Assembly (NCBI GenBank): GCA_022842935.1
Contig: JALHOP010000010.1
Span: 106,144 to 170,143, forward strand
DNA from: Myxococcota bacterium
GTDB lineage: Bacteria > Myxococcota > XYA12-FULL-58-9 > JALHOP01
Reading direction: 5' to 3'
DNA length: 64,000 nucleotides
The stretch's first letter is position 1, and every line of letters starts with the position of its first letter. Made by a program: the position numbers and the translations under genes. Shown piece after piece: positions 19,668-29,345 of this stretch. Below the pieces are notes generated by a model. The model was not told where the DNA came from. It did no database searches and saw only the letters and a program-made list of their open reading frames with translations.

Positions 19668-20494
19668 CACGAGGCACGCACCCCTTTCTTCTCGAGCGCC
19701 CGCACCGCCGCCTCGACGTCTTGCTCGCGCTTCAAGAGAACACCCAGGAACGGCAGCTCCTTTTCGATCGACTCGGCGCTCATACCGCCAGCGCGCAAGG
19801 CAGCGATCCAATCGATGAGCTCACTCGTCGATGGACGCTTACGAATATCCGACTGCTTGCGTAGCCAGTAGAAGCTCGCCATGGCCTGCGACAGGAGCTT
19901 CTCCTCGAGCTGCGGGTGATGAACCGCGACGATGTCGCGCATCAAGGACTCGTCCGGGAAAGCGATGTAGTGAAAGACGCAGCGTCGCAGGAAGGCGTCG
20001 GGCAGCTCCTTCTCGTTGTTGCTCGTGACGACGACGATTGGTCGGTGCTTGGCCGTGATGGTGGCGCCGGTCTCGTCGATGGTGAAGCTCATGCGGTCGA
20101 GCTCGTGCAAGAGATCATTCGGGAACTCGAGGTCGGCCTTGTCGATCTCATCGACCAAGAGCACCACGCGCTCGCTCGCGGCGAGTGCGCGGCCAAGGCT
20201 TCCGAGCTTGATGTACTTGCCGATGTCCCGAATATCGCGGTCGTTGAAGCGCGCGTCGTTGAGGCGCGCCACCGTGTCGTAAACGTACAAGCCATCGCGT
20301 GCCTTGGTGGTCGATTTGACGTTCCAGGCGATGAGCGGCAATCCCAACCCTTCCGCGATGGCGGACGCGAGCTGCGTTTTTCCCGTGCCGGGCTCCCCTT
20401 TGACGAGCAGTGGGCGGCCCAACGAGACCGCGACGTTAACGACGTCCCGCAACGCGGGGGATACCAGATAACCCTTGGTGCCCGAAAACTGCAT
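19667..20494 (-). CDS. MoxR-family AAA+ ATPase (CoxD-like).
   Basis: Walker A LVKGEPGTGKTQLA, Walker B VVLLVDEIDKA, sensor motifs. Confidence 0.85.
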   Translation of the reverse strand: MQFSGTKGYLVSPALRDVVNVAVSLGRPLLVKGEPGTGKTQLASAIAEGLGLPLIAWNVKSTTKARDGLYVYDTVARLNDARFNDRDIRDIGKYIKLGSLGRALAASERVVLLVDEIDKADLEFPNDLLHELDRMSFTIDETGATITAKHRPIVVVTSNNEKELPDAFLRRCVFHYIAFPDESLMRDIVAVHHPQLEEKLLSQAMASFYWLRKQSDIRKRPSTSELIDWIAALRAGGMSAESIEKELPFLGVLLKREQDVEAAVRALEKKGVRAS

Positions 20495-20597
20495 GCCGCT
20501 ACGGTCACACGCACACCACGAAATGGCAACGCACCAAACCCGCCTCGATCGCGCATGGCCGTTGACGGCCGCCCCATGGGCGAGGGAGACCGGAGCC

Positions 20598-21377
20598 GTG
20601 CGCCACGCTCTCATGCTCGCCCTTTCGACGACCATCGCTTGCGCGCCCGAGAAGCCTCCCGCGCTTTCCCTGACCGTGGGAAAGCTTCAGCTCGACTATC
20701 AGGCGCTCACGGACATCGTGAAACCGGTCGACGTAAACACCGATGACCCGGTCTACGGACGCTTCAAGCACTATCGCGCCTTTCCCTTGCTCCCCATCCT
20801 CGAGCGCGCCTTCGGCGACAGGGCTTCCCTAAAGGACCGCCAGCTCATCATCCACGCAACCGATGGCTACGCGGTCCCAGTGACCGGGGACATCCTCACC
20901 GAAGACGGTGCGTATCTCGCGTTCCGCGATCGCGAACATGCCGGTTGGGAGCCGATTGGGCCGCGCAAACAAGACCCCGGCCCCCTCTACCTCGTTTGGA
21001 CGGGTAGCGACCACCGCGACACCACGACCTACCCATGGCCCTACAACGTCGCGCGCATCGAGGTCGTCGAGTCGCTCGCCGTCCTCTACCCGCGCACCGT
21101 GCCCCGAGACGAGACCGCCAGGCGCGGCCACGAAATCTTCCTGCACAAGTGCGTGAAGTGCCACGCCGTGAACCGCCAGGGAGGAAGTGTGGGACCCGAG
21201 CTCAACGTGCCGATGAACGTGACCGAATATTGGACCGTCGATCAAATCAAGGCTTACGTGAAGAACCCGGCGACGTTTCGCTACGGCGCCATGCCGGCCA
21301 ACCCTGATCTCACGGACGTCGATCTGAACGCTTTAGCGTACTACCTCCTGGCGATGAAAGCGCAAAAACAAGAATGA
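20598..21377 (+). CDS. Lipoprotein with a C-terminal class-I c-type cytochrome domain.
   Basis: CVKCH haem-binding motif and downstream Met ligand (GAMPAN). N-terminal signal/lipobox TIAC. The start could be GTG 20598 or ATG 20613. Confidence 0.7.
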   Translation: MRHALMLALSTTIACAPEKPPALSLTVGKLQLDYQALTDIVKPVDVNTDDPVYGRFKHYRAFPLLPILERAFGDRASLKDRQLIIHATDGYAVPVTGDILTEDGAYLAFRDREHAGWEPIGPRKQDPGPLYLVWTGSDHRDTTTYPWPYNVARIEVVESLAVLYPRTVPRDETARRGHEIFLHKCVKCHAVNRQGGSVGPELNVPMNVTEYWTVDQIKAYVKNPATFRYGAMPANPDLTDVDLNALAYYLLAMKAQKQE

Positions 21378-22675
21378 TCCAGACATCCAAGCGGGCGCTA
21401 TGGTCGTGGGCGCTCTTCGATTGGGCGAACTCGCCCTACACCACGCTCATCATCACCTTCGTCTTCTCGACCTATTTCACCAAGGCGGTCGCCCAGGACG
21501 AAAGCCAGCTTTGGGGCACGACGCAGGTGATCTCATCGGTTCTCATCGTCGCGTTGAGCCCCATCTTCGGCGCCATCGCCGACGTCATGGGCAACCGCAA
21601 GCCGTGGCTCATGGCCTTCAACGCTCTCACCATCCTGGGCTCGGCGATGTTGTGGTTCGCCGTGCCCGACAAATCCGCCGTCGTGCCGGCGATGATCTGG
21701 GTCATCGTGTCGAACATCGGCTTCGAGTTCGGCTCGACCTTCAACAGCGCGATGTTGCCCGACCTCGTGCCCGACAATCGCATCGGCCGCTGGTCGGGTT
21801 GGGCCTGGGGGCTCGGCTACGCTGGCGGGCTCGTGGCGATGCTGCTTGCGCTCTTCGGCTTCGTACAGGCGGAGACGCCACTCTTCGGAATCAGTAAAGA
21901 AGCGGCCGCCAACGTGCGCGTCGTTGGTCCCATCTGCGCCATCTGGCTGGTGTTGTTCTCGTGGCCGCTCTTCGTATTCACGCCCGACAAGCCACGGACC
22001 GGCGTCTCCATCAGCACCGCGGTGCGTGGCGGCTTCGCCACGCTATTCAAGACGCTTCGAGAGGTCCGCAAGTACCAGAACGTCGCGCGCTTCATGCTGG
22101 CGCGTATGTTCTACAACGACGCCCTCACGACCATCTTCATCTTCGGCGGCACGTACGCCGCCATCCAGTTCGGCATGTCGTTCGACGAGGTCATCATCTT
22201 CGGCATCCTCCTGAACGTCACCGCGGGACTCGGCGCGGCAGGCTTTGCGTTCATCGACGACAAGCTGGGGTCGCGCACCACCATCATGATCTCGATCGTC
22301 GGACTCATCATCATGTCCGTTGCGGCGGTCATGGTCACCGACGCCAAGTTCTTCTGGGCGGCTGGCGCTTTGCTGGGCATCTTCGTGGGTCCGGCACAGG
22401 CAGCGAGCCGCACCATGCTCGCGCGGCTCGCCCCGCCAGCGCTCGCCACCGAGTTCTTCGGGTTGTTTGCTTTCACGGGCAAGGCGATCTCGTTTCTGGG
22501 ACCGCTAGTCTTCACCACCCTCACCCAAACCTTCCACAGCCAGCGGGCCGGCATGGTCGGCGTCGTTGTCTTCCTGGTCCTCGGCCTCCTGATGATGTTC
22601 ACCGTCAAAGAGGCCGCTGGACGGGGGGAAGAGACCTCACTTCCTAGTCAGGCGCCGCCCCCCCCTGCCCAGTGA
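21374..22675 (+). CDS. MFS transporter of the Atg22-like / UMF1 family.
   Basis: N-terminus ALWSWALFDWANSPYTT; 12 TM helices. ATGA overlap with the cytochrome c gene. Confidence 0.8.
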   Translation: MIQTSKRALWSWALFDWANSPYTTLIITFVFSTYFTKAVAQDESQLWGTTQVISSVLIVALSPIFGAIADVMGNRKPWLMAFNALTILGSAMLWFAVPDKSAVVPAMIWVIVSNIGFEFGSTFNSAMLPDLVPDNRIGRWSGWAWGLGYAGGLVAMLLALFGFVQAETPLFGISKEAAANVRVVGPICAIWLVLFSWPLFVFTPDKPRTGVSISTAVRGGFATLFKTLREVRKYQNVARFMLARMFYNDALTTIFIFGGTYAAIQFGMSFDEVIIFGILLNVTAGLGAAGFAFIDDKLGSRTTIMISIVGLIIMSVAAVMVTDAKFFWAAGALLGIFVGPAQAASRTMLARLAPPALATEFFGLFAFTGKAISFLGPLVFTTLTQTFHSQRAGMVGVVVFLVLGLLMMFTVKEAAGRGEETSLPSQAPPPPAQ

Positions 22676-22720
22676 TTTCAATCACTTAGCGATGGCACAA
22701 GGAGTGCTTGGTGGGTTCGT

Positions 22721-24469
22721 ATGGGCAGACCCACCACAGCCGCCCCATTGCTCTTTATGCTCTTTACGGCGTGCGGCGGCAGTGTCGCTGGCAACCCCGG
22801 CGGCGGCGTTCCGCCGAGTAGCGCGGAGCCCAAAACCGCGCGCCCGGTGCTCACCGGCGTCCTCGCAGGTAGCGCGGCCGGCATCCACTTCCGCACCCAA
22901 ATGCTCGAGGGTCTCACCGACGACGCGGGCACCTTCAGCTACTACGCTGGCGAGACCGTGAGCTTCCATCTCGGCGACATCGTGCTCGGCTCGGCGGCCG
23001 CGGCGCCCAAGCTCGACTTGTTCCAGATCGCAGGCGCCATCCCCCCCGCCAGCGAGGCGGCCCTGGTTGCGGCCGTGCTCGACACCGACACGGTGACTGG
23101 CTTTGACCGCGCCACCAACGCCGCGATGGTGCTCCTCGCCTTCGATCGTGACGACGACGCGACCAACGGAATCGAGCTGCGCGGCATTGACCTGCCCCTG
23201 ACCGGGAAGCGTCTCGAACTGAATCGCGAGCACAGTATCTTCCAGGCCGACCTCGCCGCTTACGCGCAGCGGGCCGCCATGACGTGGAACGCCGTCGAAC
23301 CCGCGGACGCGGTAGCCTACATCTATGCGTCACTCGACTTGCGCATCGCCGCGCACGCCCGTCGCGTCATCTTCCGCGACGACCATCCCGCGGACGCGGC
23401 CTACGACGTCACCACCACCGTCACCTACGACGAAGTTGGGCGGGTCGCGTCGAGCTCCGACGTCGTCACCGATCCAACGCTCCCCGACACCCAAACCGTC
23501 TACGTGCGCGACCGCCACGGGCGCGAGACGCGGCGTGAGACCATTAGCACTGTGAGCACCTCGCAAGGTCAGACGACCACGACGTCGGTCATTCTGACCA
23601 ACCGCGACGGGCGCGGACACGCGGTGCTCAGCAACGAGACGACGCTCGAGGGCGCTGCGCTGCGCTTTTCGCGCACAGACGAACGCGCGCTCGACATGCA
23701 AGGCCGTGTCACGTCGACCGAGACGCTCACCGACCGGAACGGAGATGCGACAGCCGACGAGCACCAGAGCCGCACCTACGACTACGACCGAGCCACCGTC
23801 CGCTATGACGAGACCTTTAGCAGCGACATGAGCGCAGGCTACCTCGCTACCTCGCTCTCTGAGTTCGGCGCGGATGGCCTCGTCGCCAAGCGCCGCGACA
23901 CCACCGACCAGGACGCAGATGGCGTCATCGAATTCGACTACGAAGCCGTCTACCAACGCGACGCCAGCGGCGCGCTCTCCGTCGCGACCGAGCGCTACCG
24001 CAGCGGGGTCGGCGGTCAAACCACGGGCGTCATCACGACGTATACGCGCGACGACGAAGGACGAAATACGCGCACATCTTCGACCTACGAAGGCTCGCCA
24101 CAGACGTCCGTTCAGGAGGTCTTCTACGACGCCGCCCGTCGATTCATCGGTTCCCTCGCTACGCAGGATCATGACGGCAACGGCATCGCGGACTACCACA
24201 GCATCGTCGAGGTCGAGCGCGACGCCGACGGCAACGTCGTGTCGCGCGAGAGTCGGTCGATGAGCTTGGTCGACGGCGCCATGCGACTATCGTTCCGCTC
24301 CCTTTTCACGCAAACGTTCGAGGGCGGCGTTCCCGTGAGTCAGTTCGTAGGCGAAGACTACAACGGCGACGGCGTGTTCGAGACCGAGCGAATGAGTCGC
24401 TTCGAGTACACGCTCATTGCAAACGGCGCGCGGCACATCGTGGCCAACGCAAGGCAGTGGATGGAGTGA
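22721..24469 (+). CDS. Secreted lipoprotein with degenerate YD/Rhs-like repeats; hypothetical.
   Basis: Lipobox LFTACGG. Recurrent TxTYDYDRxT / TYTRDDEGR / DHDGNGIADY motifs. Confidence 0.45.
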   Translation: MGRPTTAAPLLFMLFTACGGSVAGNPGGGVPPSSAEPKTARPVLTGVLAGSAAGIHFRTQMLEGLTDDAGTFSYYAGETVSFHLGDIVLGSAAAAPKLDLFQIAGAIPPASEAALVAAVLDTDTVTGFDRATNAAMVLLAFDRDDDATNGIELRGIDLPLTGKRLELNREHSIFQADLAAYAQRAAMTWNAVEPADAVAYIYASLDLRIAAHARRVIFRDDHPADAAYDVTTTVTYDEVGRVASSSDVVTDPTLPDTQTVYVRDRHGRETRRETISTVSTSQGQTTTTSVILTNRDGRGHAVLSNETTLEGAALRFSRTDERALDMQGRVTSTETLTDRNGDATADEHQSRTYDYDRATVRYDETFSSDMSAGYLATSLSEFGADGLVAKRRDTTDQDADGVIEFDYEAVYQRDASGALSVATERYRSGVGGQTTGVITTYTRDDEGRNTRTSSTYEGSPQTSVQEVFYDAARRFIGSLATQDHDGNGIADYHSIVEVERDADGNVVSRESRSMSLVDGAMRLSFRSLFTQTFEGGVPVSQFVGEDYNGDGVFETERMSRFEYTLIANGARHIVANARQWME

Positions 24470-24474
24470 CCTAC

Positions 24475-24500
24475 GGCGCTCATCGCTTGCGATGGGCGCC
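24475..24500. terminator. GC-rich hairpin between convergent genes; candidate bidirectional terminator with no U-tract.
   Basis: GGCGCTCATCGC-TT-GCGATGGGCGCC: 11-12 bp stem with one G-U pair, sitting in the 55-bp gap between two converging stop codons. Confidence 0.4.
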
Positions 24501-24524
24501 AAACACGACAGCGCTACGCGAGCG

Positions 24525-26666
24525 CTATGAGCGCCGCGAAAGCACGAAACACTGGTGAATTCGAGAGTTGCGCTCGAAATCCTTGGGGATGGTGCTCTTG
24601 GTGATGTCGCGCGCGACAAGCCCGTGAAAATCGAGTTCCGCCTCGGCGAGCTTGAAGCGACGGAAGTTGTTCGAGAACACGATCTGCCCGCCAGCATTCA
24701 ACAGCTTGGCACACCCCACCAAAAGCTCGACATGGTCGCGCTGGACGTCGAAGTCGCGCGCCCGATCCTTCGAGTTCGAGAAGGTTGGGGGGTCGACGAA
24801 GATGAGATCGAAGCGTTCACTGGTCTCGGTGACCCAGGACATGACGTCGTCTTGCACCAACCGATTGCTACGCTCCGAGAGCGAGTTCAAGCGGAAGTTC
24901 TTTTCAGCCCAGGCAAGATAGGTGCGGCTCGTGTCGACGCTGACGGTCGAGGTCGCGCCGCCGCGCGCGGCGTAGACGCTCACGGTGCAGGTATAGGCGA
25001 ACAGGTTGAGGAAGCTCTTGCCGCGCACCATATCGCCGATCATTTTTCGCGTGAGGCGATGGTCTAGAAACAGCCCCGTATCGAGGTAGTCCGACAAGTT
25101 CACGAAGAAACTGTGTCCGCCTTCGCGGATCGTCACGAGCTTTCCCTCGCTGTCCTGCCGCTCGTATTGCGCGTCACCCTTCTGCTGCTTGCGTACCTTC
25201 ACGAAGACGTCGTCTTCGGTGACACCAAGGGCGTCGGGCAGAGCGTGCAAAGCCTCACGCAAGCGACGCTGCGCCATGCGAGGGTCGACGGTCTTTGGGG
25301 GTGCGTACTCCTGGACGTGCACGAGCTTGCCGTAACGATCGACCGCCAACGCGTACTCGGGAATATCACCGTCGTAGAGGCGATAACATTCGATTCCAGC
25401 GCTTTTCGCCCACTTGCCGAGCTTGTCGAGGTTCTTCTTGAGGCGGTTCGCGAAAGCGGTCTCACCTTCGGAGATACGCGAGGTGCGTGGCGTTTCGGCC
25501 AGCGTGTAAACGAAGAGCCAACACGGGATCGAGCCGTTGAAGAAGCTGTAGCGCTTGTCAGCGCGCAGGCGCATGGCGCCCGCGATCTCGTCTTTGGCGG
25601 TGAGCGCCGCGGCCCGCCAACCCGGAAACTTGGTTTTGAGAACGTTGCCGAGCTCCTCGTAGAGGCTCGCCAAGGTGCGCCCCTCGTCATCGCCGAGACG
25701 AACACCGTAGGGAGGATTCACCACGACGAGGCCCGGGGGTAGCTCGTGCGCGAGCGTCGCCAAGGTGGCCCGCTCGATGCGGATGTGTTTGCCGAGCCCC
25801 GCCGCGTGCGCTCCTTGCGCCGCGAGCCTTGCGCTCCGCGGGTCAGGCTCGAAGCCGACGATAGGGGGAAGTTTGGGGACGCCTTCGGCGCGGCGTGCCT
25901 TCGCTTCCTCGACGAGACGCTTCCATGCGTCGGCTTCGTGACCGCGCCAGCGGACAAAGCCGAAGTATTCGCGCAAGAGGCCGGGGGCGACGTCGCCCAG
26001 CAGCATACCGCCTTCGATGAGCAGTGTGCCCGAGCCACACATCGGATCGACCAATGGCGCTTCGATGCTGGGGCTAGCTCGCAGCAGAACGGCCGCCGCG
26101 AGGTTCTCCTTGATGGGCGCGGGGACATTGCCATCGCGGTAGCCGCGTCGATGCAAGCTCTCGCCCGATAGATCGATACCGACGCTCGCCCGTCCAGCCT
26201 CGAGATAGACATTGACGCGCACATCCGGGCGCCCCACCTCGACGGAGGGTCGCATTCCGGTGTCGTCACGTAGGCGATCGACAACCGCGTCCTTCACCCG
26301 TTGCGCGCCGAATCGGGTATGCACCCCTTCGGCAGCGTGCGCCGTGAAGTCGACGGCCATGGTGCCACCCGAGTCGATATGATCGCTCCAGCGGATGCCG
26401 CGAACCCCTTCGTACAACGCGTCTGAAGAGTGAGCATCGACCTCGGCGATGCGCATGATGATGCGGCTCGCGAGGCGCGACCACAGACAAGCGCGGTAAG
26501 CGACGCCAAGTCCGCCACCGAAGGAGACCCCGGCGCGCGTCTGCTGCACGTTGGTCGCCCCGAGCGCGGTCAGCTCGTCGGCGAGGAGGGGCTCGAGGCC
26601 CTTGGCTGCCGTCGCGAAAAACACGGGTTTGTTCCCCTCATGGCGCCGAGAAGCGCCTTGTGACAC
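24525..26666 (-). CDS. rlmL: Bifunctional 23S rRNA (guanine2445-N2)/(guanine2069-N7)-methyltransferase RlmKL.
   Basis: 713 aa; THUMP domain plus two SAM methyltransferase domains, collinear with E. coli RlmL (YcbY). Confidence 0.9.
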   Translation of the reverse strand: MSQGASRRHEGNKPVFFATAAKGLEPLLADELTALGATNVQQTRAGVSFGGGLGVAYRACLWSRLASRIIMRIAEVDAHSSDALYEGVRGIRWSDHIDSGGTMAVDFTAHAAEGVHTRFGAQRVKDAVVDRLRDDTGMRPSVEVGRPDVRVNVYLEAGRASVGIDLSGESLHRRGYRDGNVPAPIKENLAAAVLLRASPSIEAPLVDPMCGSGTLLIEGGMLLGDVAPGLLREYFGFVRWRGHEADAWKRLVEEAKARRAEGVPKLPPIVGFEPDPRSARLAAQGAHAAGLGKHIRIERATLATLAHELPPGLVVVNPPYGVRLGDDEGRTLASLYEELGNVLKTKFPGWRAAALTAKDEIAGAMRLRADKRYSFFNGSIPCWLFVYTLAETPRTSRISEGETAFANRLKKNLDKLGKWAKSAGIECYRLYDGDIPEYALAVDRYGKLVHVQEYAPPKTVDPRMAQRRLREALHALPDALGVTEDDVFVKVRKQQKGDAQYERQDSEGKLVTIREGGHSFFVNLSDYLDTGLFLDHRLTRKMIGDMVRGKSFLNLFAYTCTVSVYAARGGATSTVSVDTSRTYLAWAEKNFRLNSLSERSNRLVQDDVMSWVTETSERFDLIFVDPPTFSNSKDRARDFDVQRDHVELLVGCAKLLNAGGQIVFSNNFRRFKLAEAELDFHGLVARDITKSTIPKDFERNSRIHQCFVLSRRS

Positions 26667-26672
26667 ATTCTT

Positions 26673-27335
26673 TTGCCCCCCATGAGCGTGACGAGCCGTC
26701 AGCCCCGAGTGGACACCCGCCTCCCCGTCGTCGAGACCGGAAGCGGCGGGGCCACGTACTACACGAAGAACCTCAGTATGGGAGGTCTCTTCTTACTCAC
26801 CGAGAAGCGATGGGCGGTCGGCAGTGAGGTGAACCTCACCATCACCTTCGGCCGAGCCCGCCTGCCTATCCTCGCCCGGGTGACGCACCTCCAGCGGGAT
26901 GGGGTCGGTATGTGCTTCACCGAGCCCAGCGACGCGGTACGTGAAGCGCTTCGCTTGCTCATCGCCTCGCAGATCCCCGTGAGCACGCCCTCGCGACTCG
27001 AGGCATCCTCGCGAGCCATTGGCGTTGGCGCCGGACCATCGGTCGTGCTTGCTTGGAGCGACGGCAAGCTCCGCCACGAGGCGACCGTTCGCGGCCTCAG
27101 CATGCAAGGCGGATTCTTCGAAACCCCCGATCGACCGGTGATCGGCTCGAGCATCATGGTCTACATCCCGTCCAAGATTGAAACCGAGGACGCTTCGATC
27201 GAACACGAGCTGCGGGGCTGCAGCGCCGAGGTCACGACGCACTCATTGGAGGGCTTCGACGCCCGCTTCACCGTGCCGAGCGCCGAGTTTCGTATGGCGC
27301 TCGAGCGACTCTTGCGAGAGCTGCCGACGGCGTGA
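26673..27335 (+). CDS. PilZ-domain protein (tandem PilZ-like, c-di-GMP-binding type).
   Basis: RQPRV...NLSMGGLFLL matches the PilZ RxxxR / DxSxGG motifs. Confidence 0.65.
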   Translation: MPPMSVTSRQPRVDTRLPVVETGSGGATYYTKNLSMGGLFLLTEKRWAVGSEVNLTITFGRARLPILARVTHLQRDGVGMCFTEPSDAVREALRLLIASQIPVSTPSRLEASSRAIGVGAGPSVVLAWSDGKLRHEATVRGLSMQGGFFETPDRPVIGSSIMVYIPSKIETEDASIEHELRGCSAEVTTHSLEGFDARFTVPSAEFRMALERLLRELPTA

Positions 27336-28264
27336 GCAAGTCGTCCTCACCTGACCCCGAACCTCCACCCGCGGCTGACCTGCCCGACCACGCGAGGGCC
27401 AGGCGAGAGGGCGCCGCACGCCTGACTCTCGCCGTCGCCGCCCTCCTGTTTTCGACCGGCGGCGCCGCCATCAAGATGTCCGTGCTCTCTTCGTGGCAGG
27501 TCGCGTGTTTGCGCAGCGGCATCGCGACGCTAGTGCTCGTCGCTGTATGGCCCGTGGGCCGACGCGGCTGGACGCATCGCACGGTCCTCGTTGCCATAGC
27601 GTACGCGGCTTGCGTCGTGTCGTTCGTGTCGGCAACGAAGCTCACAACCGCAGCGAACGCCATCTACATCCAGTCGACGGCCCCCCTGTATATCTTGCTC
27701 ATGGCCCCCGCGTTTCTTGGGGAGCGCTTTGAACGCCGTGACCTGGGCATCGCCGTGCTCATCGGCATGGGCCTGTTGTGCTTCTTCGTGTCAGCGGACA
27801 AACCGCAAGCGAGCGCCCCCAACCCGCTTCTTGGTAACGGCTTAGCGATGATCTCGGGCGTCACCTACGCCGGCATGCTGGTGGGCTTTCGCTGGATGCA
27901 ACGCCCCGGGCGCGGTCAAAGCGATCCCGCGAGCGTCATCGTCGCGGGAAACCTCCTCGCTGCTCTCGTGTGTGCGCCGATGGCGTTTCCCTTGCCGGCG
28001 ATGCGCGGCGTCGACTGGTCAGTGGTCGGTTTTCTCGGGGTGGTCCAGATTGGCATCGCCTACGTCCTGGTGACACGCGGAGTGAAACACGTTCCCGCCT
28101 TCGAGGCCTCGCTCATCTTGCTGCTCGAGCCGACACTCAATCCGGTGTGGACGTGGTTAACCGTCGGCGAGGCGCCGACCGCCGCTGCGATTATTGGCGG
28201 AGTGCTCATCCTCACCGCGACGGTCGCCAAGAGCTGGAGCGCCGTTCTTCGCAAGCCTGCCTAG
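27332..28264 (+). CDS. EamA/DMT-family transporter.
   Basis: 10 TM helices in two EamA repeats. GTG start overlapping the PilZ stop (GTGA). Confidence 0.8.
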   Translation: MSKSSSPDPEPPPAADLPDHARARREGAARLTLAVAALLFSTGGAAIKMSVLSSWQVACLRSGIATLVLVAVWPVGRRGWTHRTVLVAIAYAACVVSFVSATKLTTAANAIYIQSTAPLYILLMAPAFLGERFERRDLGIAVLIGMGLLCFFVSADKPQASAPNPLLGNGLAMISGVTYAGMLVGFRWMQRPGRGQSDPASVIVAGNLLAALVCAPMAFPLPAMRGVDWSVVGFLGVVQIGIAYVLVTRGVKHVPAFEASLILLLEPTLNPVWTWLTVGEAPTAAAIIGGVLILTATVAKSWSAVLRKPA

Positions 28265-28372
28265 CTGCCCGAGCTTGGCCATGAAACGCGCCGCGCGTCT
28301 GACGCGCCGATACGGTTGCGCCCACCGATCTGATCTTACGCAAGGCACCTGAAACTGCTAAGGAGCCGCGCC

Positions 28373-29341
28373 ATGGGCGCAATCAAAGACTTCATCAGGC
28401 ACAACTACCGGCACTTCAACGCGGCAGCAGTCGTCGACGCGGCTGAAGGTTGGGTGAAGCATCTCGAGGGTGGCGGCAAGATGCTGCTCACCATGGGCGG
28501 GGCCATGAGTACCGCCGAGATGGGCATTTCGATCGCCGAGCTCATCCGCAAAGACAAGGTGCATGCCATCTCGTGCACTGGCGCCAACCTCGAAGAAGAC
28601 ATTTTCAACCTGGTCGCCAACAAAGAATACCGCCGCGTCCCCCACTGGCGTGCGCTCTCGGCCGAAGATGAGCAAGAGCTGTATGACGGCGGCTACAACC
28701 GCGTCACCGACACCTGCATCCCCGAAGACGAAGCGATGCGTAAGGTCGAGAAGCCCCTCATCGAGCTTTGGCAGGAGTGCGACAGAAACAAAGAGCGCTT
28801 GTTCCCGTACGAGTTCTTCTATCGCTTGCTCAAGCGCGGGATGCTCAAGAGCGAATACCAAATCGATCCCAAAAATTCGTGGCTACTCGCCGCTGCGGAA
28901 AAGAACCTCCCGATCATCACCCCCGGCTGGGAAGACTCGACCTGCGCCAACTTTTTCGTGGCGCGCTACATCGAGAAGAAGTTCAGCTCGTTGCTCACCA
29001 TGAAGAGCGGCGTCGAACAGATGGAGTTCTTCTACCGCTGGTACATGGAGACCAACGCTTCGGCGTCGATTGGGTTCTTCCAGATCGGCGGCGGCATCTC
29101 CGGTGACTTCCCGATCTGCGTGGTCCCGATGATCCGCCAAGACTTGAAGCACGACGCCAAGTTGTGGGGCTACTTCTGCCAGATTAGCGAAGCCGCGACG
29201 TCCTACGGCAGCTACAGCGGAGCAACGCCCAACGAGAAGATCACCTGGGGCAAGCTTGCGGTGGACACGCCGAAATTCGTCATCGAGAGTGACGCCACCA
29301 TCGTCTTCCCGCTGATCGCCCAGTACCTGCTCGACGGCTAG
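28373..29341 (+). CDS. Deoxyhypusine synthase-like protein (homospermidine synthase-like, NAD-dependent aminobutyl transferase family).
   Basis: TMGGAMSTAEMG...SCTGANLEEDIFN and the overall length match the DHS fold. Confidence 0.8.
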   Translation: MGAIKDFIRHNYRHFNAAAVVDAAEGWVKHLEGGGKMLLTMGGAMSTAEMGISIAELIRKDKVHAISCTGANLEEDIFNLVANKEYRRVPHWRALSAEDEQELYDGGYNRVTDTCIPEDEAMRKVEKPLIELWQECDRNKERLFPYEFFYRLLKRGMLKSEYQIDPKNSWLLAAAEKNLPIITPGWEDSTCANFFVARYIEKKFSSLLTMKSGVEQMEFFYRWYMETNASASIGFFQIGGGISGDFPICVVPMIRQDLKHDAKLWGYFCQISEAATSYGSYSGATPNEKITWGKLAVDTPKFVIESDATIVFPLIAQYLLDG

Positions 29342-29345
29342 CGCC

